Origin: a virus
Lineage: Duplodnaviria > Caudoviricetes
IMG/VR virus record: IMGVR_UViG_3300028833_000086
Span: 32,001 to 96,000 of that record
DNA length: 64,000 nt
Strand: one strand, 5' to 3'
The notes under the pieces were generated by a model that searched no databases, was not told the origin of the DNA, and saw nothing but the letters and a program-made list of their open reading frames with translations. The translations under genes and the position numbers were made by a program. Each line of letters starts with the position of its first letter. The first letter of the stretch is position 1. Shown here one piece after another: positions 9,857 through 17,856 of this stretch.

Positions 9857-10005
9857 AACAAAGGTTCCCGTAGGAACCTTTTCAGGTCACGGGCCCGCAA
9901 GCTTCCGTAACACGATCATTACTACCGCCTGTAATTACAGTCGATATGTATCATAGTAACTTAGCAGGAATATACGTCTCCCATAACGTTTAGATTTTAA
10001 TCAAA

Positions 10006-10035
10006 ATTTCAATATGCCTCACGTTACTATGAATA
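10006..10035 (-). CRISPR. Solitary CRISPR-repeat-like unit (type I-B-like); not an array
   Basis: TATTCATAGTAACGTGAGGCATATTGAAAT, 30 nt ending ATTGAAAT as in clostridial I-B repeats. Confidence 0.5.
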
Positions 10036-10037
10036 AA

Positions 10038-10101
10038 GCAGCCGAGGGGGGATCGAACCTCCATTAAGATACGCACTAATTGCGTCCACAGCCATCGACC
10101 C
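10038..10101 (-). ncRNA. D-arm-less tRNA-like element
   Basis: GGTCGA/TCGGCT acceptor-like; ACGCA-attag-TGCGT; GGAGG-TTCGATC-CCCCC T-arm (one mismatch). Confidence 0.5.
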
Positions 10102-10131
10102 CAAAAAACAAAAGACGCCATAATTGATCAA

Positions 10132-10161
10132 ATTTCATAACAGCTATCGTTATCGTTCGTC
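10132..10161 (-). CRISPR. Second solitary CRISPR-repeat-like unit (divergent)
   Basis: GACGAACGATAACGATAGCTGTTATGAAAT, 30 nt; overlaps the end of the tandem pseudoknot repeat. Confidence 0.35.
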
Positions 10162-10235
10162 GCTTATATAGGTGGACGTTCACCCATCTTTATCGTCCCT
10201 CGCTTCTTTTATGGTGGAGGTTCACCAATCTTTAT
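10151..10235 (-). ncRNA. Tandem 42/40-nt pseudoknot repeats, ToxI/TenpI-like
   Basis: GGTG-AACCTC-CACC..GAGG and GGTG-AACGTC-CACC..GACG; compensatory change in stem 2. Confidence 0.6.
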
Positions 10236-10322
10236 ATGACGTCTTCGAAGACTCCTTCTACACATGACAGATGAGTTGAAAATTTTGCGCCCCCTCCACC
10301 TATAGGACATAAGCGAGAGGAG
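10235..10322 (-). ncRNA. Duplicated structured motif, copy 2 (GUCCU-loop hairpin, GGCGCA, CAUGUGUAGAAGGAG)
   Basis: 16-nt and 15-nt blocks identical to 10453..10535. Confidence 0.55.
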
Positions 10323-10325
10323 ACA

Positions 10326-10430
10326 AAACATTTGAACCCCGAGCTTTTATATACCGCATCTCGGGTAGCGGGAAACATTTGGTTGCGTACCTTTTATTTA
10401 TGTCGATATACGCTCCCGACACAACATTTG
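10326..10430 (-). ncRNA. Two tandem H-type pseudoknots (49 and 47 nt) delimited by CAAATGTT; CptI-like
   Basis: TGTCG/CGACA + GCGTAT/GTACGC; CCGC/GCGG + CCCGAG/CTCGGG; linkers TAAATAAAAG and TATATAAAAG. Confidence 0.7.
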
Positions 10431-10452
10431 CAAAAAACACTATGTATAAAAC

Positions 10453-10535
10453 ATAACGTCTTTAGTAACTCCTTCTACACATGGTAGTCGAGCTATCTGC
10501 GCCCCCTCCACCGCTAGGACAGCAGTGGAAGGAAC
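10453..10535 (-). ncRNA. Duplicated structured motif, copy 1
   Basis: CCTTCCACTGCT-gtcct-AGCGGTGGAGGG hairpin, then GGCGCA...CATGTGTAGAAGGAG. Confidence 0.55.
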
Positions 10536-10600
10536 GCAATCACGGAAGGAAGAATCTATGAATATAATATAGAGGACAGAATTAGCCCTCTACGAGTGGA

Positions 10601-11818
10601 TTAATTAAGTTTATAAGTGTATTCGCACGTCTTTCCTTTACCACTTTCAAACACAAACATTGAAGCTCCAGCGTTTGAAGTTTTGTTAAGTGACATTCCA
10701 AATGGATCTACACCAATTATACTTCTAATATGGATTGCTTCGGCATTAATACCAACCTCAGTATTTTCGGCATGGTGTTTATGACCAGCTATTATATAAT
10801 CAAAGGACATATTATACGCTCGACCAATATCGTTTATAGCATCGGCAAGATTTTTAACCTCACCATGTATTCCAAGGACTGAGCTTCCCGCGAACACCCC
10901 GTAGTTCATTCCTGTCTCATTTTCCGTAACAATAATATTCTTATTATTTTTGAGACGCTCTTTTAAAAATGAACTAATTACCTTGCTCATATTTTCGTCG
11001 GGAAAAGCATTTTTGGGTGCCCCACACAGTCTAAGTTGATTATGATTGCTATCAACAACCATCTGGAAGTCGATAACTACATGTTCGCTCAAGGCGGTCA
11101 GCCAGTTTGCCATATACTCTGCATATAATAGAGAAGACTCAATCACTCCATATCTTAATTGCATTAACTGAGAATTAAGTCTTAACATCCCTTGGATACC
11201 ATCCCCAAGCTCCCACACAGATAATTTACGTATCTTTTCTCTTTTTATTGTTGTAACAACATCGGAGAGAAGAGCATTCATTCTCTGTTCAAATATCTCG
11301 GGGCTATAAGCGTTTACTATATTGCCAAATAAATCCTTGATCTCAAATTCTATACCATAATGAGCATCGGCTAAACACAGGAGATACTCCTTGTCGCTTT
11401 CGCCCACCGTCACAACCTTAGGAATCTTGATAGGCGGAAGAGTCTTAATTGCTTCTTTAATATGTTCAACAATCAATTCATCACGCGCTAATTCGCGTAT
11501 GTTTTTATTAAACTCAATTTTTTCACTTTGAATTTTATAACGCTCTTTTCGAAGACTACAAAGTTTATCATCAAATCCAAGGTTTCCTGTTGATCCATAT
11601 TTATTTTCATAATACTTCTTAACAGCATAGCCGCCAAATAAAGTACCATTTGCTTTTCTTAGTACATCGGTTGCGTAGGGAATATTATATATATCTTTTA
11701 ATTCTTCCCAATCTATATCAAGATTACCATCGAGCTTGTCCACGATATCCGACAGACACTGTTCATAATCTTCAACCGACATTCCTATCTTCTCAAGTTC
11801 TAATTCGATATTCTCCAT
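10601..11818 (-). CDS. Calcineurin-like metallophosphoesterase
   Basis: LADAHYG, LGD, SNHN, GIHG, AGHKHH motifs. Confidence 0.8.
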   Translation of the reverse strand: MENIELELEKIGMSVEDYEQCLSDIVDKLDGNLDIDWEELKDIYNIPYATDVLRKANGTLFGGYAVKKYYENKYGSTGNLGFDDKLCSLRKERYKIQSEKIEFNKNIRELARDELIVEHIKEAIKTLPPIKIPKVVTVGESDKEYLLCLADAHYGIEFEIKDLFGNIVNAYSPEIFEQRMNALLSDVVTTIKREKIRKLSVWELGDGIQGMLRLNSQLMQLRYGVIESSLLYAEYMANWLTALSEHVVIDFQMVVDSNHNQLRLCGAPKNAFPDENMSKVISSFLKERLKNNKNIIVTENETGMNYGVFAGSSVLGIHGEVKNLADAINDIGRAYNMSFDYIIAGHKHHAENTEVGINAEAIHIRSIIGVDPFGMSLNKTSNAGASMFVFESGKGKTCEYTYKLN

Positions 11819-11820
11819 TT

Positions 11821-12450
11821 TTATCCTTTCAATACCGCTTTTAATGTTACATCCTTGCCGATTATCTTATGGACTATCCCGTACTTTTTTGCTTCTTCGG
11901 CATACATGTAAAACTCTCGATCATTTTTTTCGTCGTATGTCTTCTCACTCATCTTAGTATTATCAAGAACATACTGTTTAATCTTCTCATTCATGCCATC
12001 AAAAAATTTCATTGTATCCTTTGCCTTACCAGTTGAGTTCGACAAATCAACTTCTCCGTCATGCTGAAGAAAAATACTGTTATTAAAAGCATATCTTTCA
12101 GGAGCCGCAAGATATATGTAATAAGCTGCCGAGGCAATGAAGCCAAGTCCAATTGCTCTAATAGGCGTCTCAGAAGTCTGAATAACATCCATGAGGGCAC
12201 CAGCGGCAAACATATCACCACCATAACTATGAATCATCAGCGTAATGGGTTTTCTATCTTTCTTAGCAAGACATACATCTTCAAGATTCCATTGGAGAAT
12301 CCACGACACCGCATCATCAATCAGTGTGGAATCTACATCCTGATTAAGTACGAGCATCCTATTTTGTAAAAATTCAGCCTGAAGTTTATCATATATGTCG
12401 CCTTTGTCTCCGTTGATTATGGAACTGAGGTCTATATAACACTCTGCCAT
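11821..12450 (-). CDS. clpP: ClpP-like serine protease
   Basis: HSYGGD, ASAA (Ser), LQHDG (His), DREFY.A.EA..YGI; ATG at 12450 has an AAGGAG RBS. Confidence 0.85.
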   Translation of the reverse strand: MAECYIDLSSIINGDKGDIYDKLQAEFLQNRMLVLNQDVDSTLIDDAVSWILQWNLEDVCLAKKDRKPITLMIHSYGGDMFAAGALMDVIQTSETPIRAIGLGFIASAAYYIYLAAPERYAFNNSIFLQHDGEVDLSNSTGKAKDTMKFFDGMNEKIKQYVLDNTKMSEKTYDEKNDREFYMYAEEAKKYGIVHKIIGKDVTLKAVLKG

Positions 12451-12536
12451 TTCTGTTATCTCCTTGTTCAATCAATTTATGTTCCGTATGAGAGGGCAAT
12501 AATGCCACCCTCTCATATACGGACTTTGTTATTATG

Positions 12537-15128
12537 TCAAGATGCTGTATCCATGCGGGTTTCAGGCACATCATTTGTCGAGGTGGTACCAATTTTTGCC
12601 TGATTTTGCAAATTTTTTGAAAAACATTTTAATAATGCTTCAGGGTTTACCTCATATAATACTCTTAATAAGATCGCTCTATTCTTATATAATTTACTTT
12701 TAAGTCCCGCAGTTTTCTGTTCCAGTTGTGGCGTCATTATAAACGCACGATCGAGTAACCAACTAAACAAACCTATATACTTGCTTGGTAATGTTACATG
12801 TCTTATATCATCCACGAGCTGTTCGAAATCTTCTCTGAGTAGGAGATAGTTCTCCACATCACTCACACAATCATCTTTATCTATTCTAGTCTCCAATAAT
12901 TCCAGCTGATATTTCTCTATTAGTTCCTCGACATTACGCGATACTCTTTTGTTCATCTCTAATGGAAACTTCTGGAAGAAGTCTGCCGTGGGTATTGTTT
13001 CCGTTTCGGGCTTATATGACTCGAACTCCATTTTATATAGTCGGCACATAGGAGAGTCGAGTTTAAAATTTATTCTGTTTGTTGGGAACCCCTTCCTGAT
13101 CTGTTGCCAGAACGGAGGATATTTATTGTCTTTGATGCCGATGTCGGCACGTATACGTTTGATCTCATTTGTGATGTCTACTGCAGTAGATTTCTTTGCT
13201 GAATCTATACTTAATTGAGCAAGAACTGCAAGAATACAAGCATAGTCTTTATATTTTTGATCTGGATAATTATATGTATATGTTAGACATACTTGTGCGA
13301 GATTACTTGACTCACCGATATTTCTTTGGCTCGCACTTAATAAATTATCCATTGCCGCAAATGATGCAGGAGTTGAATCATATTTCTTTTTACTCTGTGG
13401 TATATTATTAACTATTGTTGGATAAACCTTGTAACAATACTTTGCATGCTCAACAATAGCTGGTGCGTTAGTTGTATATACTGAGTCACTATCAAAATCT
13501 GAGCCGTTATTTCTATCGCAGAAGCTAGTTCCTTGTACATTTACAGCCATACATAATTTGCCGAATCTAAAATACTTTTTAATCAATGGATGTAAACGAT
13601 TATGCAGATACCCTAGATTATTTTGTGAGTTAAATGGATTCCTGAACTCTGCCAGATATTCTCCGTCTCCAAATCTTTCTGAGTAACATTGTATTGCATC
13701 ATCCTCGACTTCAAACGTAGGATCCTTGCTTACATCTTCGCCCACAGAATGCAATAACATTGCGTATGGACTCCCGCACAACACAAGGTTATCCGCAACT
13801 TGTAAAAGCTTTCCCGTCTTTACCGACATAGTATAGTCGTAAATAATTTTTTTCTTACGTTCTCTAAAATATTCACTTTGTTCAAAGCTATGATCCTGAG
13901 TCCATAATGCTAATAACGCCTCATAATCATTTGAGAAATTTGCGTTCCTTTTAAGAAAGTCAAGGTAAGTATTAAGATCGGTCTTTAATGCTTTCACATA
14001 GTCTCTGGTTGGCGCAGCTACCTCATCCACAAATTCGTTATTGAGAGCATTCACCATTTGATATGACATTCTCTGGTAATTACCAAACTTACTAGGATGT
14101 GCAGTCTTAACTATTCCGAACATTGACCCATTCTCACGCACCTTCTCACACCAAGTTTCATATGGTACTCCAAATTTAACCCATTTTATGGAATTATTAG
14201 TTGTTACAACTTTTACATTCTTTACAAGATGTTTATTACCCCACATATCCGTCAGATAAGCTGTATCATAATTCTGACCAAAATAGTCTTTGAAAAATCC
14301 CTGCAAGTCTGTAGCAAATGCCGCCGCCTTTGTAAAATGATGACGTAAAAGCACATATCCATTTGTCCATTCAGGACATATCGACAAATCAATCAATGCC
14401 TGTCCATCGAACATATCACAACCAAGAATATAATCTTGTTTATATAATGCCCTACACTGATTCTTATCTAGCTCGACACTTACCACATTGGTTTTAAATT
14501 CAGACCTTACATCATTCAGGATCACAATGTCTTCAGGGTTAATTTCTATTTTTCCTACGATAGTTGAGGTCACCAACGATGTATATGCTCCAAACTCTGT
14601 TATTGGTGCATCGTGCTTTGGAAGTTTGAGGCCCATATAAAGAAAATCATGTGCTTTCTTATACAGGCTCTGCTTGATAAACATACACGACCCAACCTTA
14701 GCCTTACCTGCCGTACGATATAAGTATTTGTACTTTACGTCACCGTTCTTATAGTGAATTGTAACTCCGTTCTCATAAAATATCTTTCGTATCTCATCTG
14801 CACTTTTGCAATCAAATTTGTCTTTATTTGCTACGCATTCTTCACGCAACGCCTTTAAATAATCATTATCTGGATCGGATTCTAATGCAACATCAATACG
14901 CGCTAGCTCATCATCGTAAGTTCGGCTCCCGTAATTAAAGTTGAGACATATCACGTCGCGCGTATATTTTTCATTTCGAGTACTTAGCCCGTTAGCCTTT
15001 AAAAAATCTAGGAACAATGAATTAGTTAGCATGGCACATTTAGTATCATACTTCTTGCGCACCCCAGTCATAACTTCGTACACTGATCCAGCTTCATAGT
15101 TGTTGATCTTGTAACCAAAATCCCCCAC
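12537..15128 (-). CDS. yonO: YonO-like single-subunit DNA-dependent RNA polymerase (RdRP-related)
   Basis: 863 aa; FDGQALID, LLRHHFTK, FRNP, catalytic GSDFDSD, SIDSAK; upstream of packaging genes as in SPbeta. Confidence 0.82.
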   Translation of the reverse strand: MGDFGYKINNYEAGSVYEVMTGVRKKYDTKCAMLTNSLFLDFLKANGLSTRNEKYTRDVICLNFNYGSRTYDDELARIDVALESDPDNDYLKALREECVANKDKFDCKSADEIRKIFYENGVTIHYKNGDVKYKYLYRTAGKAKVGSCMFIKQSLYKKAHDFLYMGLKLPKHDAPITEFGAYTSLVTSTIVGKIEINPEDIVILNDVRSEFKTNVVSVELDKNQCRALYKQDYILGCDMFDGQALIDLSICPEWTNGYVLLRHHFTKAAAFATDLQGFFKDYFGQNYDTAYLTDMWGNKHLVKNVKVVTTNNSIKWVKFGVPYETWCEKVRENGSMFGIVKTAHPSKFGNYQRMSYQMVNALNNEFVDEVAAPTRDYVKALKTDLNTYLDFLKRNANFSNDYEALLALWTQDHSFEQSEYFRERKKKIIYDYTMSVKTGKLLQVADNLVLCGSPYAMLLHSVGEDVSKDPTFEVEDDAIQCYSERFGDGEYLAEFRNPFNSQNNLGYLHNRLHPLIKKYFRFGKLCMAVNVQGTSFCDRNNGSDFDSDSVYTTNAPAIVEHAKYCYKVYPTIVNNIPQSKKKYDSTPASFAAMDNLLSASQRNIGESSNLAQVCLTYTYNYPDQKYKDYACILAVLAQLSIDSAKKSTAVDITNEIKRIRADIGIKDNKYPPFWQQIRKGFPTNRINFKLDSPMCRLYKMEFESYKPETETIPTADFFQKFPLEMNKRVSRNVEELIEKYQLELLETRIDKDDCVSDVENYLLLREDFEQLVDDIRHVTLPSKYIGLFSWLLDRAFIMTPQLEQKTAGLKSKLYKNRAILLRVLYEVNPEALLKCFSKNLQNQAKIGTTSTNDVPETRMDTAS

Positions 15129-15146
15129 TACAAGTCCTCCCGTTAC

Positions 15147-17159
15147 TTAATTTAAAATTATTTCTCTAGCAAACTGCATGGTTTTGCTGCCACACATTTT
15201 GCCAAACAAAGCCCCCGCCTCAACAACGAGTTCTTTTTCCTCCTTTACGCAATCATCATAAACAAACTTAGGCAATACCTTCGCTACCGCCCCCATATCT
15301 TTAGGCGTAATCTCTGCAGGTACTTCACCGTCGTCGCGAAGTTTCTCAATTGCCTTTTCAACACGGCGCCTTGTAACAATGTCATCTACAATACGCTGGC
15401 ATTTTTCAGCATCGATAATTTCCTCTGGTGACTTTTCCCTAGGACGCGACTTGGTTTCTTTAAATGAATCATTAACTAACTTTAAATAAAACCACTTGTC
15501 AGTTCCCTCAAGTCTGTCCTGAGATTTAACCACACAACCTTCCTGTGTTGGCCCGTAATATCCATCGCCCGCCATAAAAGACTTTACATGATCCCATGAA
15601 ATAAATGGGCCATCATATAAAACATGAATATAAGTAAGTCCAACCTCGTCGCACATTTTCCTAACAAAAGTCTGTGGGAGGTAATGTCCAGTCGCATTGT
15701 CGTATATGTCGTATACTATCCAATGATTACGGGCGTATTCGGGCTTATAATCTTTAATGGCATTGCCGCAAAGATTCCACTCTCCAAATACCACCATCGA
15801 TTCATGACCGTTTTGAAACCAGCCGAGCAGCGTGTCAAGTTCTGTTCCGTACTGATAGAAACCATTGAGATTATTATTATAATCTAATACCTTATTTCTT
15901 GAGCACGCTACCAAATGTCCATCTTCGTAATATAAGGACGCATTAGAATTATGTGTTAAAATTCCATGTGCAAAAAAATTATGATTATCTTCCACCTCAA
16001 TATCGTATCCTTTACTACTACACATAGAACTTTTACATTCTTTATTTATTGAAATGATCTTATGTTCGTATAACGCCTTATCAGAGGGTATGAGTTTTTC
16101 AAAATAGTTATCCCAAAATGTATAAGACATTCTATACTCTTCAGGTAATTTATATTGCATTGACGGAATAATATATGGAGCGACTAACGAAAAGAAAATA
16201 TTACTTCCAACCAAATTCATATCTAGTTTATAATATTTATTTTTATAAAATTGAATATGACTTTCTATCCCATATTTCTCATAAAGCATATCTTTCATAT
16301 TTACTACTTCATCATATGAATAAGCTTCTACATGTAAAGATGCTCTATCTTTTTGAACAGAAGAGTGTTTTAAACTTCCGTCATCCATATACCATATACT
16401 TAATCCTATAGGTGTTAGATTTTTTATAAATTCTTTACTTATATATTTTTTATTATTTATTATTGCTTTCGATATTTCATCGTTTATACTAGGAAGACAC
16501 CTTGTTCTTCCTTGATACACTTTAGTACCATATCCACTTATTCCTTCTCGTTCATTACAAATAAAAGGAGATAGCAACCTAACTTTAAAATTGAAATAAT
16601 CTTTTTGCTGAATGGAATTACAAAAATGAATACCCTTATTAGCAAGTGGTCGCGTTGTAGGGTTTGGATAAATACTTCCATCGCCAAGAATACTTGCGTA
16701 TATAACTTGTTTTTGTATTTCTGTAGGATAAATAGCCGTTGAATATACACTATCTCCAACTTTTAATTCTCCTGCTGCGACATATCCGTTTTGAGTCCAG
16801 AATTTATGATTTGGTGTTGGATAAACCGATGCAGAATGACCAAATCCCTCCACTTTATCAAATGTAATTTTCATAAAATCTTGTCTACCATTATCCGACC
16901 AACCAATAACTTTTTTAGGCTCGACTTTTTGAGTTTCTGTATTATAAGATAGTACTTCCACGGAAAGTTTATTTTTTACTATTTCGCCAATGGTTTTTTC
17001 TGTTCCGTCTGCTAGTCTAATAGGTGTCTTACTAGGCAAACACCCGTCAACTTTAGTAGTAATTTGTATATGCTCTCCAACATTAAAACCCGACACATTA
17101 TTTTTGCGAAACTCAGTATCCTCTATACGAGCCGCCTCAATGTCTATAAATTTTTTCAT
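15147..17159 (-). CDS. ATP-dependent RNA ligase (Rnl2-like) interrupted by an intein
   Basis: Spliced motif I TTKVDG|SNAS, SRN, FGEW, YDI, EGCVVK, KLV. Confidence 0.8.
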   Translation of the reverse strand: MKKFIDIEAARIEDTEFRKNNVSGFNVGEHIQITTKVDGCLPSKTPIRLADGTEKTIGEIVKNKLSVEVLSYNTETQKVEPKKVIGWSDNGRQDFMKITFDKVEGFGHSASVYPTPNHKFWTQNGYVAAGELKVGDSVYSTAIYPTEIQKQVIYASILGDGSIYPNPTTRPLANKGIHFCNSIQQKDYFNFKVRLLSPFICNEREGISGYGTKVYQGRTRCLPSINDEISKAIINNKKYISKEFIKNLTPIGLSIWYMDDGSLKHSSVQKDRASLHVEAYSYDEVVNMKDMLYEKYGIESHIQFYKNKYYKLDMNLVGSNIFFSLVAPYIIPSMQYKLPEEYRMSYTFWDNYFEKLIPSDKALYEHKIISINKECKSSMCSSKGYDIEVEDNHNFFAHGILTHNSNASLYYEDGHLVACSRNKVLDYNNNLNGFYQYGTELDTLLGWFQNGHESMVVFGEWNLCGNAIKDYKPEYARNHWIVYDIYDNATGHYLPQTFVRKMCDEVGLTYIHVLYDGPFISWDHVKSFMAGDGYYGPTQEGCVVKSQDRLEGTDKWFYLKLVNDSFKETKSRPREKSPEEIIDAEKCQRIVDDIVTRRRVEKAIEKLRDDGEVPAEITPKDMGAVAKVLPKFVYDDCVKEEKELVVEAGALFGKMCGSKTMQFAREIILN
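15948..17042 (-). mobile_element. Intein (365 aa) with LAGLIDADG homing endonuclease
   Basis: Starts CLPSKT, block B TPNHKF, ILGDGS and WYMDDGS, ends YDIEV..NHNFFA...THN followed by Ser; more AT-rich than flanks. Confidence 0.92.
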
Positions 17160-17160
17160 C

Positions 17161-17397
17161 TTAATCTCCTACGTATGTTACCTCATAACCCGCCGCCTTA
17201 AGTAGCGCCACAGCCGCATCAGTTATAGCATTTGTATTAGTCAACGACTTTCTGTATTGATTAAGCGTTGTCTCGGAAATCTCAAGAGCATCCTTATAAC
17301 TATCAATTTCATCCTCAAGCTCTTTAATATACTCGCGCTGATTATCGATCAAATTCTCATAAGTATCAATCAGCAGCAAATCATCCCATTGACTCAT
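17161..17397 (-). CDS. Hypothetical coiled-coil protein
   Basis: GGAGG RBS, abuts neighbours. Confidence 0.6.
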   Translation of the reverse strand: MSQWDDLLLIDTYENLIDNQREYIKELEDEIDSYKDALEISETTLNQYRKSLTNTNAITDAAVALLKAAGYEVTYVGD

Positions 17398-17398
17398 A

Positions 17399-17584
17399 TT
17401 AATCCTCCGTTTTAAGTTTTTCTTCGGTCTTGCCGCCTGTCAGTGCGAGAAACCTATAATGTTTCTGACACACCCAGTAATAACGGCTCGACTTTATTGT
17501 AAACATCGCGTCAGCTGGCACTCGCCTCTGCTCACGTAAACATAGGTCGCATAGCGCCCCCGACTTTCTTACCGCCTCGCTCAT
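17399..17584 (-). CDS. Small Zn-finger protein
   Basis: CDLC...CQKH. Confidence 0.5.
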   Translation of the reverse strand: MSEAVRKSGALCDLCLREQRRVPADAMFTIKSSRYYWVCQKHYRFLALTGGKTEEKLKTED

Positions 17585-17828
17585 TTTTATTTCTCCCGAA
17601 GTGCTTGGTTACACACTTACTACAACAAATGTCGTCCTGCCCGCCGCATCCAAGATCACCAAGCGACGCCACATCATCGCCGCTCCTCATAATCTTATGG
17701 CAGAAGAAACATCTCTGCTTAACGGGCAAGGGGAACCAAGGAAAACAATGTATATGATATACATATCCCAAAGCTTCATACCCCTCTCCGTCATTAACGG
17801 GCTTACCACAAACACAACATTTACGCAT
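17532..17828 (-). CDS. Cys-rich (LIM-like) Zn-binding protein
   Basis: CCVC..HIHC..CFFC..CSKC; AAGGAG RBS. Confidence 0.5.
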   Translation of the reverse strand: MRKCCVCGKPVNDGEGYEALGYVYHIHCFPWFPLPVKQRCFFCHKIMRSGDDVASLGDLGCGGQDDICCSKCVTKHFGRNKNERGGKKVGGAMRPMFT

Positions 17829-17856
17829 TATTCAATTATACTCCTTTGTAATTATG

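Noticed and set aside
10326-10430. CAAATGTT repeats as a mini-CRISPR array
   Set aside because: Repeat is only 8-9 nt and the intervening sequences share a pseudoknot fold, unlike spacers.
10335-10430. preQ1-I riboswitch or pistol ribozyme
   Set aside because: Topology is similar, but the preQ1 loop consensus and pistol P2/P3/GCG core are missing and no gene is directly controlled.
10235-10535. Hairpin ribozyme (GUC plus AGAA)
   Set aside because: No loop B sequences, and the flanking helices do not form.
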